Positions 28,597-39,046 of a DNA stretch of 64,000 nucleotides are shown piece after piece. Positions within the stretch are counted from its first letter, which is position 1; each line of letters opens with the position of its first letter. Both the position numbers and the translations under genes were made by a program. The notes beneath the pieces are model-generated. The model searched no databases and was not told the origin of the DNA. It saw nothing but the letters and a program-made list of their open reading frames with translations. The stretch covers positions 376-64,375 of the forward strand of contig JAJECE010000068.1 in the NCBI GenBank assembly GCA_022822185.1, given 5' to 3'. The stretch comes from Rhodothermales bacterium (GTDB lineage: Bacteria > Bacteroidota > Rhodothermia > Rhodothermales > Bin80).

Positions 28597-28713
28597 CTAA
28601 TTGTATAACGAATGTAAAAGCCACAGAAACAGCATCACCACCCCCTGCACCGCAAAAACACGGATCAGTATTTGCACAAACGTTGTGCCGGATTCCTGAT
28701 CAGACTCGGCCAT
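28597..28713 (-). CDS. 38-aa single-TM sORF coupled to the symporter (possible small subunit)
   Basis: Hand translation gives MAESDQESGTTFVQILIRVFAVQGVVMLFLWLLHSLYN. The stop lies 3 nt before the symporter ATG. Below the ORF-track cutoff. Confidence 0.4.
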   Translation of the reverse strand: MAESDQESGTTFVQILIRVFAVQGVVMLFLWLLHSLYN

Positions 28714-28723
28714 CAGATTGTAC

Positions 28724-29371
28724 CTAACGAGTACCGTATGCCTGTAATGCGGTCCCGCGGAGTGCTCCTGCAGACTTCGAACACAGTTGAAGAGTCAGTT
28801 GCACCAGATCTTCTGCATGCACCCCCGGGGCGGCCGTATCCCGATAAAGGATGACCGACGGAGCAAGCGCGTAAGTATTCAGGGTTGGGTGCTCTGCCGC
28901 AACTGCCTCCACAAGACGCATGAGCCCTGCCTTGCTTGCTGCATAGGCCCCTCCCCGGGCAACCGCCGCTTCAAGACCCGACTTGGCGCAGATTCCAATA
29001 ATAGTTCCCCCCCTCTCAACCATATACCGTGCAGCCTCCCGGAAGCATAAAAAACTGGTCGTGAGATTAATCTGTATCATGTGCTCCCAGTCTTTGAGTT
29101 TCGTATCCAGAAGCGGCCATTCATTCCAGGTTCCCACCGCGTGGACCAGAACATCTATACGCCCCTGCACGCGATGAATCTGTGCAAACGTATCCACGAC
29201 TTCCTTCTCGTTCGCCAAGTCCGGAGTCAGATCCTCGGTCCCTTCATTACCGACCGAGACCACCCGTGCCCCCGCTTCGCGAAACCGTACAACCAGCCGC
29301 CGCCCCAGGCGGCCACCCGCGCCGGTGACCACTACCACCTTATCCTGTAGATCCGAACACGGATCGGTCAT
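28724..29371 (-). CDS. short-chain dehydrogenase/reductase (SDR)
   Basis: VVVTGAGGRLGRRL Rossmann motif and YAASKAGL catalytic motif. Confidence 0.75.
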   Translation of the reverse strand: MTDPCSDLQDKVVVVTGAGGRLGRRLVVRFREAGARVVSVGNEGTEDLTPDLANEKEVVDTFAQIHRVQGRIDVLVHAVGTWNEWPLLDTKLKDWEHMIQINLTTSFLCFREAARYMVERGGTIIGICAKSGLEAAVARGGAYAASKAGLMRLVEAVAAEHPTLNTYALAPSVILYRDTAAPGVHAEDLVQLTLQLCSKSAGALRGTALQAYGTR

Positions 29372-29832
29372 TCTATATTCTCCTGTAATTCCGGGATTCT
29401 ATCCGCAGATGTATGATCATGAATGATACGCCAGCCGTCTTCCGTATATTCCGCAATCAACGTAAATAAGCCTGTAGGTTCATCATGTACACGTTCCAAT
29501 GTGTAAGCACCAAAAATCATTGCATGTTGACGACCAAGCATTCGGATTTCTCGGAGATCAAACAACAGCGTCCCCATCGATTCCCGGTCGGGATAGGACC
29601 TCCGGTATCTGTCCAGTGTGGGCTGCCAACCCCGGACCTCGCCCCCGGATCCCACGAAGCGGAGACGGTCACTGTTCAGGTAGCCCTGCATAAATGACTC
29701 AATATCGCCGGCATTCCACGCATTCTGCTGCCTGTTCAGCAACTGCTGAACATCCCGTTCCTGCGTAGTTGAACAACCTGTAAGTACGCCTGCAAGGAAA
29801 ATTGCTCCCTTAAAGAATACGGATCTGAACAT
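29368..29832 (-). CDS. SnoaL/DUF4440-like lipoprotein
   Basis: Lipoprotein signal (MFRSVFFKGAIFLAGVLTGC), then QNAWNAGDIESFMQGY typical of the NTF2-like DUF4440 fold. I preferred the internal start at 29832. Confidence 0.65.
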   Translation of the reverse strand: MFRSVFFKGAIFLAGVLTGCSTTQERDVQQLLNRQQNAWNAGDIESFMQGYLNSDRLRFVGSGGEVRGWQPTLDRYRRSYPDRESMGTLLFDLREIRMLGRQHAMIFGAYTLERVHDEPTGLFTLIAEYTEDGWRIIHDHTSADRIPELQENIE

Positions 29833-29979
29833 GAAGATCACCACTGCGTTATAATGACGAATCATTGTATATCTCCCCAAACTATAAAAAAAGTACCTGC
29901 TATCTGCATTTACTGACACGAGCATAAAAGGCACAAGCCAAATCATCATTCATCAAGTACGGGCTCGTCAACAGGATAA

Positions 29980-32900
29980 ATGCACCTGAATCGACGACTT
30001 TCTGCCATACGCCAACTGGTGGTATACTCCACAGGAGCCCTGTTGGTTTGGTTTCTCCTGGCACATACCGCCGCACAGGGGGATCATTCCCGGATTCCGT
30101 CGTGGTGGAATATTGCAGTTGCGGACACCGACAGTGTGACACTGCATCAGGTGGACTCCCTCCGTGCACTCCTTTCCCGTCTCGGCCGTGACTCTGTGCG
30201 GGAGATGGTTCTGGATCTGGGGCTGGATAGCCTGCTGCTGGTACGAATTGATTCCCTTGCCCCTCCACCGGATACGAACGAACGGGCAAAACGATATTTT
30301 GCCGGCCTGATGCCATCCCGACGTACGGCCGCAATCCTGCCAACCCAGCGGCGATCCCTGGGGGCAGGACTGTTTTCCGGCTGGCGCCATGATGTGGAGT
30401 TGGACAGTACGGGAACCTTTTACACGATCCGGGAGCGTGTCGCGGGCGAAGATGTCCGGCACGCCCTCCGGGTTACCCGGTCACAGTATCAGTCCGAGCG
30501 GTTTTCGCAAAACCTTGACCGCAACTGGAAAACCCTTTTGCAGCGCCGAAGAGACTTGGAGGAGCGACGGCGACGGGGGCTGGGCCTGTCTATCTCGGTG
30601 CCGGGAGGCCGCGAAAGCGGCTTTACGACCATTTTCGGCAAAAATGAGGTGGACCTGCGCGTCAATGGAAGTGCCGATATCCGGCCCGCATTCATCTATG
30701 AAAAGACGGCGCAACAGGCCGTCATCGGCCGGGGATCCCAGCTGACCCCCGAATTCCGAATGGATCTGCGGCTGGGTGTGACCGGAACCATCGGAGACAA
30801 AATGAAAGTCAATGTTGACTGGGACACCAACCGTGACTTTGATTTTCAGAACCAGTTGGAACTCGTCTATACCGGGTACGAGGATGAAATTATCCAAAGT
30901 ATTGAAGCCGGGAATGTCTTCCTGCAAACCCCTTCCAGCCTCATTCGGGGGGGACAGAGCCTGTTCGGAATTAAATCCGAATTTCAACTCGGGGCACTGC
31001 GGCTCACGACGGTCGCCAGTCAGCAGGAAGGGCAGTCCAATTCACTCTCGCTTGACGGCGGCGCAGAGACCTCCGAATTCAGCCGCAGACCAACCGATTA
31101 CAGCCAGCGAAAGTATTACTTCCTCAGTTACTACTTCCGCAACCGCTGGAACGAGGCACTCAGTGATCCACCCAACATTATCCTGGATGCGGTCTTCTCC
31201 CATATTACCGATCTGGAGGTCTGGAAATTAACCCCGGTGTCCCCGGAGGAGCAGAATGTTCGGCAGGTGGTCGCCGTCGTTGATCTGGGGGAACCGGCAG
31301 ACATTATTACACAGGCCAATCGCTATACCGAAGAGCGACACCCAAACAGTAATCTAGACCAGTACGACACCGCAGAACTGCAAAACCAGCTGCGTGCAGG
31401 CGAAGCCGTACCCCAGGACTACCTTGAAAGTGCAGCCATGGAACAACCCCTGACAACCGTCGACTATCAGGTCGGACAGTTCAAAAAACTTGAACTTGGC
31501 CGTGATTACGATCTAGATGAGGGGCTAGGGTACATTACGCTGCGACAAACGATCCAGGAAAGCGAGGCCCTGGCCGTCTCCTTCCGCTACCTCGCAGGCG
31601 GCACCGAGATCCAGGTGGGAGATTTTTCCAGCCAGACCGGCGGTGGGGACAACAGCCAGATTGGAGACCGCCTCGTCCTGAAACTCCTCAAGCCGGTAAA
31701 CCTCCAGCAGCCGGCAAACCTGGGTGAGCAAGACGAACTGAATCCGGCCGCCTGGCATCTGGAAATGCGTAACATCTATGAACTCACCCGCGGCCTGCTG
31801 CCCACCGACTTTGTTCTGGATATCAGTTTTGAGCCTCCTGGACGTGCGGCCACCCAGACCCTCCCAGGAGTTACCGGACAGCAGACTCTGATCCAGGTAC
31901 TCGGGCTGGACCGGCTCAATGAAGATGGGGCCCCGCAGCCGGATAACCTGTTTGACTTCCTGCCAAACTATACCATCATTCCAGGAGACGGGTTATTGAT
32001 TTTTCCCTATCTGGAGCCGTTTGGTCAGCGGATTGAGGATCTGATTGATGCCAGTTCACTCAGTGACCCGGAAAAAGCCGAGGCAAAGGAGTCATATGTA
32101 TTCAAGGAACTGTATACCCAAAAGCAACTGAATGCCACCCGGAATACGGCAAAAAATGTGTACCTGATTGAAGGCTCTCATCGGGGGGGGATCCCCTCTT
32201 TCTATGACCTCAAGGCCTATTCCGGCCTTGTAGAAGGATCGGTGCGTGTCACCTCGGGCGGCAACGCGCTGGTGGAGGGATCGGACTTCATTGTAGACTA
32301 TCTGGGCGGAACGGTGACGATCATCAACACCTCCTATCTGGTCGCCGGGCGGGACATTGCAATTGAGTATGAGGAAAATGCGTTTATCAACCTTCAGCAG
32401 AAAACGCTCCTCGGAGCCCGGCTTGAATATCTTCCGAGGGATGAGATTCTGGTCGGGGGAACCATCATGCGGCTGAGCCAAAAATCACTCACCGACAAAT
32501 TTCGTATTGGTGATGAACCCATCTCCAATATGATCTGGGGAGTGGATTCCCGCCTTCAACTGGATCCGCAATGGCTCACACGGGCCATTGACTGGCTTCC
32601 ACTCGTCCAAACCAAAGAGCCTAGTTCAATTGCAATTATCGGTGAATTTGCCCAACTGCGCCCCAGCCATGTGCTGACCAATGCCTTCAAGGATCAACGG
32701 CGGGAACTCCGAAAAGATGGACGGGATTTTTACCCCGACGAAACACAGGGCATCTCTTATGTGGATGATTTTGAGGGATTTGAAAACCTGATCTCCCTTG
32801 CGCGTCAGGGTGCCTGGCTGCTCAGCAGCGCCCCCGTCATCGGGGTTCACGATGAGATGGGTGGAACCGAAATCGAACTGAGCAATGACGGCCGTGCCGT

Positions 32901-35900
32901 TCTGGGCTGGTACACGCTGAATGCCTCCTCCCTGAAGCAGTTTGAAGGGAGCACTACCCCTGCCGTTGAGCTTGTCACGCCCCAGCAGGTCTTCCCAAAC
33001 CGGGAAACCCTGCAAAGTGAACGGATTCTGACCACGCTTGACCTCTATTTTACACCCCACGGACGCGGCCCCTACAACTATAACCGTGATCTGGGGCGAT
33101 TTCTGGATAATCCGCGCGAAGCCTGGGGCGGGATGACCCAGCGTCTGACCGAAGGGAACACCGACTTCACCTCAAAAAATATTGAATTTGTTGAATTTGT
33201 GATGCGACCCTACCCTGGATCTGGGCAGACCGATCCGGAAGCAAAACTGATGATTGATATTGGCCGGATCAGTGAAGATATCATCCCCGATAATAAGCTC
33301 AACACCGAGGATGGCCTCTCGCTGTCGGAGGTGGGGAGCGTCGGTGCATTAGCGAGGCTGTCTACCGGGCAGCAGAACCAGAAGATCAATCCAATCGGGG
33401 ACAATGAACGCATTACCGAGGACCTCGGACTAGACGGGCTGCCCTCCTTCCCCGATAACAAATTTGAGCAGGAAGGGGGAGCGGGAACCGAACAATTTGT
33501 GTTCGTCGAATTCCTCGAATCGCTGGAGACTACCGTCAGTGTCCGGTACCCTGAATTTCTGGCCCGAGAAAAGGCCAAAGCCCTCCTGGACCCCTCTGCT
33601 GATGACTACTATTATTTCCTGAACAGCAGTTTCTTCGGCAATAATCAGTTCTTTCCCGGCGGCGCATCGGTACAGGAACGATTTACCCGCTTTTTTCCTG
33701 GACACGAACTGAATACGTTTGATGCTCACAGCAAACTGGGCCCCTCTGGCGAAGACAATGGAAATTCGCGCCTGCCGGACACCGAAGATATCAACCTGAA
33801 CTCTGCTTCGGATACAGAAAACAGCTACTTTCAGTACGAGGTTCCCCTCAATCTGGCGACCCTTGATGAACTTGCCCGGCCCGAGAATACAGACGATTAT
33901 GTGATCAACGAGATTACCTCTTCCGGCGGTGCAGGGACGGGGTGGTATCTGGTTCGGATTCCGGTCAAGAACTTTACCCGCCGTGTGGGAGAGATCCAGG
34001 ACTTCACACTCATGGAGTCCATCCGCATCTGGACTACCGGGCATACTTCTCCGATCACGATACGCTTTGCGACCCTTGAACTCGTTGGCAGTCAGTGGCG
34101 GGCAAGTGAAGTCGTCAATGCAACCGACGCAGATGGCGAGATGATTCCCCCGGAAGATCCGATTACCGGGGCACGCATCAGCATTGAGAGCGTCAACAAT
34201 GAAGAGAGTCCAAGCTACGAAATTCCGAAAGGGGCCGTCAGGAATCGCGTCCGCGAAGCACAGTCCGGCTCTATCCGGGATGCCAGAGAGCAGGCAATGG
34301 TTCTTCGCGCAAGCAAGTTGCGACCGAACCGGCATCTAGCGGTCTACCATACCTATACTTCGGCGCAGGACCTGCTCCGCTACAAGAACCTGCGCATGTT
34401 CGTACACCTCAACGGTCAGACCGGCAGCCGCCCCCTTGAGGCAAAGGACCGGGGATTACTCAAATTCTTTATCCGGCTTGGAGGCAATGAAGACTCGGAC
34501 TACTATGAATATGAACAGTCCCTGACCCCCAGCCCACTCAGTGAACTCCCGTCCGAGCCGGAACAGCGGGCCGACTATCTGTGGCGTACGAACCAGCCGA
34601 ACCCCGACCCGGGGGAAGATGGAGATGCATTCATTGATCTCAACTCGGTCAATATCGTTCTGAGTTCACTGAACCAGATGAAGTTTCTGCGGGACTCCTA
34701 TGAAGATGAATCCGGTGCGGGGTTTGATCCCAATGAGGTATTCTGGAGTGATCTACACGCAAATTTCCAGTCAAATATTGAAGAATTTGCCCCTCCAGGC
34801 ACACGAATCGGGGTTCGCGGAACGCCCAGCCTTGACCGGATTACGACGATTGTCATCGGCGTTCGCAATGTATCCGGCGAAGAAGAAGTTTTGGAGGAGG
34901 TGAATGTGTGGGTCAATGAATTGCGCATGTCCGGCTATGATCAGGATGTTGGCTATGCCGCATATGGCACCGCCGATCTCAAGCTGGCCGATTTAGCACG
35001 CGTTAAACTGTCTCTGCGGGCGCAGTCAGACGGATTCGGGACGCTCGCCAGTACACTCGCAGACCGGGAGCAGGTCAATATCCAGAACTGGACGATCAAC
35101 TCCCAGTTGAGCATGGACAAATTCATTCCCGAGCGATACGGCTGGACACTGCCGGTCAGCATGGAGCTGAAGGAAAACTCCAGGCTTCCAAGGTTTGACC
35201 CGAACCGGGGGGATATACGCGTCACGAGTCTCCAGAATGCCATTGCGGCGGACGAGAACCTGACCAGTGAGGAGATTGCGGTCCGGCAGCAGCAGATCCG
35301 TGAAGAAGCACAAACATTTTCACAGACCTCCTCCTATACGACACGGGTCAGCAAGAGCGGAGCCCGTTCCCGCCTGATCCGCAATACGCTTGACGGCCTG
35401 TCGTTCAGTTATTCCTATTCCGACACCAAAAGCCGTGCACCGACCCAGTCCTTCCGGAATTCCTGGCGCTGGAACACCTCGTTAAGCTACCGCATGCAGA
35501 TCCGGAACCCGCGGGTTCTGCGGCTATTCAGTTGGCTGGCGAGAGTCCCGGTTCTGAATGTATTGAGTGACATTGGACTCAATTATCTCCCGTCTTCCAT
35601 GGATTACAGTCTGGGGGCCAGCCGGGCGGTTTCTTCTTCAAAGCAGCGCCCGGATCCCGTTCGGCAACGCAGTTCCGACCTGCCGATGGATGTGCAGTTC
35701 CCTGTTCGTGCACAACATCAGTTCTCGCATTCCCGAAATTTCAGTTTTCAGTACAACCCATTCAGTTTCCTGGAATTAGGGATGCAATCCAATACGGATC
35801 AGAGTTTGAATGCGATCGGGGTGGATACACTTCATTCGGTCATTCTGGTTGATCCCGACGGGACTGAATCACGAATGGACAACACAAGACTCTCGGATCT

Positions 35901-37908
35901 GGTTGCGGACGGGGTGATTGACGAATCGCAGGTCGGCGAAAATGCGTTTGCACTTACCGGCCTTCAGCATCGGAAATTTGGACGGGTATTCCGGCAGGCA
36001 CTTGGAGGCAGCCGGGAGCCTGGTGTTCCCAATATGCGCCCTGAGAGCTACTCCTCCCGGTTCAATGCCACCTTCCGGCCACGCCTTCAACGCTATCAGG
36101 CATTATCCTGGATCCAGATTCAGGACGTTGGATATTCTGCGAATTTTAATTGGTCTAATGGATCTGTCGGCAGCAATACCGGAGCTCAGACCAGAATCAC
36201 TACGACCATTCGCGGAGGACTCACCCTGCGCCCGCAGGATCTCATTCAGAAATTTGGCTTCTACCAACGGCTTCAGGAGGCGCAGCGTGAGGCGGTCTCT
36301 GCCGCACAGACCCGCCGTCAGGAAAGAGAGCGGGAGCGAACACGGCGGCGGGAAGAGCGGCGACGCGAACTGGAGCGGCGACGCGAAGAGCGACGACGCG
36401 AACAGGAGCGTGAAGAAAGGGATGAGGATGAAGAGCCTGCTGCGGATCCCCCCGTTGATCAACCTGCCCCTGATCCCCCTGTGTTGCAGATAGAAGACAC
36501 CACGCGTACCTCCAGGTTCCGTCTCCCGTCAAGCCTGACCCCCAAAGCGCTCACCCGTCGTCTGCTTCTTGCCATTACAGGTATTCAGGATGTCGCCCTG
36601 ACCTACAACGGCACACGCAATACGTCCGCAAGTAATGTCGGGGTTCTGGACGAACTTGGGGATGTGCAGGTCCATTACAGTCTGTACGATGCGGTCTTCA
36701 ACGGTCAGGGACCACCTCTTCGATATCGTCTGGGACTTGACCGAACCATTACACCAGATCAGGGACGTATCATTAACGAGCGCTTTCAAGTAACCGATGC
36801 GTTCAATGATGCCGACCGGTGGTCGGGCCGGGTATCGGTGAACCTGTCCTCTCAAATGCGGATCACACTGAACTGGCGCATGGAGGAGACCGGTCGTGAA
36901 AACCTCACCTATCGGATTCTGGATGACGGATTGCCCGGGGCGGATACCACACGCACTAGTGACCTTACGGTTTCTGCCTGGAGCTTTGGTGCCTCCTATC
37001 GGGATTTATTTCAGTCACAACTGGATCAATACCGTGCGGACTGCGGGGAGGCGTGTTCGTTGGAGGGGACTCCGCCGGAAGAACTGGAATCAACGGTTTT
37101 GACCAACCGCCTGGTGTTTCAGGACTTCCAGTCCAGCTATCTTGTGTTCGGATCGAACGGAGATATGCCGCTGCCGCTGCCGAGTTGGAATGTCAGTTAC
37201 TCCGGGATTGCAAACTGGCCGCTCATTCGGAGAATTTTCCAGAATGCTACACTCCGCCACAGCTACACCAGCACTTTCGGGGCGGATTTCCGGTCCAATC
37301 TTCGTGGCGGGGAGCTGGACCAGTTTAGTCTGGGTGAGGGGCCTGCGATCTCTTTTGAAGTTCCACAGGAGGAGGTGGATGCTGTACGGATCAATGAGCG
37401 GTTTCAGCCCTTAATTGCCGTGGATCTATCGTTCCGCGGAAATATCCAGACCAGCATTGCCTGGAACAAGAGCAATTCCTATTCTCTCAGCACCACAAAT
37501 AATGTCGTAAATGAGAACCGGAGTAATGAAATTTCATTCACGGCATCTTGGGCCAAGTCGGGATTGCGGCTCCCGTTCTTCCGCCGCACACTCAATAACC
37601 GCATCAACTTCTCCCTTTCCCTGTCACGCATCGCCAATGATGACCGGAGTTTCTATATCCGGCGGGCGATGGAAGTTGCTGCACTTGATCCGGAGTTTGA
37701 TGTATCCGAGGTTCTTGAAGAGCCTTATGTAGATGTATTGACGAGTACGGCAAGGATTCAGGCGCAGCCTAAAATTGCCTATCAGTTCAGTAATGTGGTT
37801 TCGGCGGACATCTTTGTACAGTACGAAGATTTTATCGGGGACAGCCGGAGGCTCCCTTACACTACGATTAATGGCGGCTTTAACTTACGTGTGAATTTTT
37901 CCCATTAA
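29980..37908 (+). CDS. sprA: type IX secretion system translocon SprA
   Basis: 2642-aa single ORF with an N-terminal signal-like segment. Conserved SprA N-terminal blocks (FGKNEVDLRVNGSADI, VDWDTNRDFDFQNQLELVYTGYEDEIIQSIEAGNV) and beta-rich sequence throughout. Confidence 0.88.
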   Translation: MHLNRRLSAIRQLVVYSTGALLVWFLLAHTAAQGDHSRIPSWWNIAVADTDSVTLHQVDSLRALLSRLGRDSVREMVLDLGLDSLLLVRIDSLAPPPDTNERAKRYFAGLMPSRRTAAILPTQRRSLGAGLFSGWRHDVELDSTGTFYTIRERVAGEDVRHALRVTRSQYQSERFSQNLDRNWKTLLQRRRDLEERRRRGLGLSISVPGGRESGFTTIFGKNEVDLRVNGSADIRPAFIYEKTAQQAVIGRGSQLTPEFRMDLRLGVTGTIGDKMKVNVDWDTNRDFDFQNQLELVYTGYEDEIIQSIEAGNVFLQTPSSLIRGGQSLFGIKSEFQLGALRLTTVASQQEGQSNSLSLDGGAETSEFSRRPTDYSQRKYYFLSYYFRNRWNEALSDPPNIILDAVFSHITDLEVWKLTPVSPEEQNVRQVVAVVDLGEPADIITQANRYTEERHPNSNLDQYDTAELQNQLRAGEAVPQDYLESAAMEQPLTTVDYQVGQFKKLELGRDYDLDEGLGYITLRQTIQESEALAVSFRYLAGGTEIQVGDFSSQTGGGDNSQIGDRLVLKLLKPVNLQQPANLGEQDELNPAAWHLEMRNIYELTRGLLPTDFVLDISFEPPGRAATQTLPGVTGQQTLIQVLGLDRLNEDGAPQPDNLFDFLPNYTIIPGDGLLIFPYLEPFGQRIEDLIDASSLSDPEKAEAKESYVFKELYTQKQLNATRNTAKNVYLIEGSHRGGIPSFYDLKAYSGLVEGSVRVTSGGNALVEGSDFIVDYLGGTVTIINTSYLVAGRDIAIEYEENAFINLQQKTLLGARLEYLPRDEILVGGTIMRLSQKSLTDKFRIGDEPISNMIWGVDSRLQLDPQWLTRAIDWLPLVQTKEPSSIAIIGEFAQLRPSHVLTNAFKDQRRELRKDGRDFYPDETQGISYVDDFEGFENLISLARQGAWLLSSAPVIGVHDEMGGTEIELSNDGRAVLGWYTLNASSLKQFEGSTTPAVELVTPQQVFPNRETLQSERILTTLDLYFTPHGRGPYNYNRDLGRFLDNPREAWGGMTQRLTEGNTDFTSKNIEFVEFVMRPYPGSGQTDPEAKLMIDIGRISEDIIPDNKLNTEDGLSLSEVGSVGALARLSTGQQNQKINPIGDNERITEDLGLDGLPSFPDNKFEQEGGAGTEQFVFVEFLESLETTVSVRYPEFLAREKAKALLDPSADDYYYFLNSSFFGNNQFFPGGASVQERFTRFFPGHELNTFDAHSKLGPSGEDNGNSRLPDTEDINLNSASDTENSYFQYEVPLNLATLDELARPENTDDYVINEITSSGGAGTGWYLVRIPVKNFTRRVGEIQDFTLMESIRIWTTGHTSPITIRFATLELVGSQWRASEVVNATDADGEMIPPEDPITGARISIESVNNEESPSYEIPKGAVRNRVREAQSGSIRDAREQAMVLRASKLRPNRHLAVYHTYTSAQDLLRYKNLRMFVHLNGQTGSRPLEAKDRGLLKFFIRLGGNEDSDYYEYEQSLTPSPLSELPSEPEQRADYLWRTNQPNPDPGEDGDAFIDLNSVNIVLSSLNQMKFLRDSYEDESGAGFDPNEVFWSDLHANFQSNIEEFAPPGTRIGVRGTPSLDRITTIVIGVRNVSGEEEVLEEVNVWVNELRMSGYDQDVGYAAYGTADLKLADLARVKLSLRAQSDGFGTLASTLADREQVNIQNWTINSQLSMDKFIPERYGWTLPVSMELKENSRLPRFDPNRGDIRVTSLQNAIAADENLTSEEIAVRQQQIREEAQTFSQTSSYTTRVSKSGARSRLIRNTLDGLSFSYSYSDTKSRAPTQSFRNSWRWNTSLSYRMQIRNPRVLRLFSWLARVPVLNVLSDIGLNYLPSSMDYSLGASRAVSSSKQRPDPVRQRSSDLPMDVQFPVRAQHQFSHSRNFSFQYNPFSFLELGMQSNTDQSLNAIGVDTLHSVILVDPDGTESRMDNTRLSDLVADGVIDESQVGENAFALTGLQHRKFGRVFRQALGGSREPGVPNMRPESYSSRFNATFRPRLQRYQALSWIQIQDVGYSANFNWSNGSVGSNTGAQTRITTTIRGGLTLRPQDLIQKFGFYQRLQEAQREAVSAAQTRRQERERERTRRREERRRELERRREERRREQEREERDEDEEPAADPPVDQPAPDPPVLQIEDTTRTSRFRLPSSLTPKALTRRLLLAITGIQDVALTYNGTRNTSASNVGVLDELGDVQVHYSLYDAVFNGQGPPLRYRLGLDRTITPDQGRIINERFQVTDAFNDADRWSGRVSVNLSSQMRITLNWRMEETGRENLTYRILDDGLPGADTTRTSDLTVSAWSFGASYRDLFQSQLDQYRADCGEACSLEGTPPEELESTVLTNRLVFQDFQSSYLVFGSNGDMPLPLPSWNVSYSGIANWPLIRRIFQNATLRHSYTSTFGADFRSNLRGGELDQFSLGEGPAISFEVPQEEVDAVRINERFQPLIAVDLSFRGNIQTSIAWNKSNSYSLSTTNNVVNENRSNEISFTASWAKSGLRLPFFRRTLNNRINFSLSLSRIANDDRSFYIRRAMEVAALDPEFDVSEVLEEPYVDVLTSTARIQAQPKIAYQFSNVVSADIFVQYEDFIGDSRRLPYTTINGGFNLRVNFSH

Positions 37909-37912
37909 AAGG

Positions 37913-38686
37913 TTGCAGTCAGAATTATCGGTGGCCTGCCATTTAGGGCGTGTCGCCTACCGGCCCACATGGGCGCTTCAGGAGGCGATCAAACGCCGTC
38001 TGATTCAGGCAAAAAAGCGTCACATGCACCTGCCTCATGTGCTGCTTCTACTGGAGCATCCCCCGGTGTTTACGATGGGCAAGAGCGGGGATGACCGGCA
38101 TCTAGTTGCACCGGGGGATGCAGAGGTCGTGCACATTGACCGGGGCGGGGATGTCACCTACCATGGCCCGGGGCAGCTTGTGGTCTATTTCTTATTGGAT
38201 CTGGACAGGTTCTATCGCGACCTGCACCGCTTCATGCGTGACCTTGAGGAGGTCGTACTCCAGACGCTTCAAAAATACGAGATTGAGGGATTTCGTGTAC
38301 CGGGGCGTACGGGAGTCTGGGTTGGCACAGAGGGGCTTGAGCGAAAAATCTGTGCCTTTGGGATCCATGCCAGTCGCTGGGTGACCACCCACGGCCTCGC
38401 CTTGAATGTACACCCCGACCTGAACTACTTCAACCGCATTACGCCCTGTGGAATCACAGATCGGGGAGTCACCTCCATCGTACAGGAATTAAATCAATCC
38501 TGCAGCATGGCGGAGGTCTCCAACTTTGTTGTGCACCATTTCGACAAGGTATTCGGTGCAGAATCCCGGGTCCTCCACAACTCTGAGGCATTCGCATATC
38601 TGGAGGACCTGACCAATCAGGAACAACTTCAGGCATCTCTGACCATGCCTCAAAATGACCCTGACCAATTATCCAGAAAAAACTAA
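37913..38686 (+). CDS. lipB: octanoyltransferase LipB
   Basis: EHPPVFTMGKSG, DRGGDVTYHGPGQLVVY, RKICAFGI and TPCGI motifs. Confidence 0.92.
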   Translation: MQSELSVACHLGRVAYRPTWALQEAIKRRLIQAKKRHMHLPHVLLLLEHPPVFTMGKSGDDRHLVAPGDAEVVHIDRGGDVTYHGPGQLVVYFLLDLDRFYRDLHRFMRDLEEVVLQTLQKYEIEGFRVPGRTGVWVGTEGLERKICAFGIHASRWVTTHGLALNVHPDLNYFNRITPCGITDRGVTSIVQELNQSCSMAEVSNFVVHHFDKVFGAESRVLHNSEAFAYLEDLTNQEQLQASLTMPQNDPDQLSRKN

Positions 38687-39046
38687 TATCCAGTCAACGA
38701 CCATTCAGAGTGGGGTTGGACCTGCGGGGAGCGTCTTGGGTGATCTTTGAAAACGATCATCCGAATCAGTGAGTTTACTCAACTCTGAGGCATTCACATG
38801 AAGGCGCGTGTATCTTCAGATGAGTGTGTCCACCTGAGTTAGCCGAATCCTCCTTGATTCTCAATGAACTTCTGGACGGGGATCTTCTCACGGGGATTGT
38901 TGTCGGAGCGGAATCGATCGTGGCACATTTTCGGGACACTTCCATTACCGCAGGATACAAAGTTGGACTACGATCAGGTTGCCGGGGGATACGAGGCAAA
39001 TTTTAGATCCGCTCACACGGCAAGATCCCTTTACAGACAAATTTCT

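Noticed and set aside
33430-34335. 301-aa ORF on the - strand inside sprA. The same applies to other internal ORFs between 30.3 and 37.7 kb.
   Set aside because: sprA is one uninterrupted 2642-codon frame with recognisable conserved blocks. The antisense and out-of-frame ORFs have no features of real proteins.
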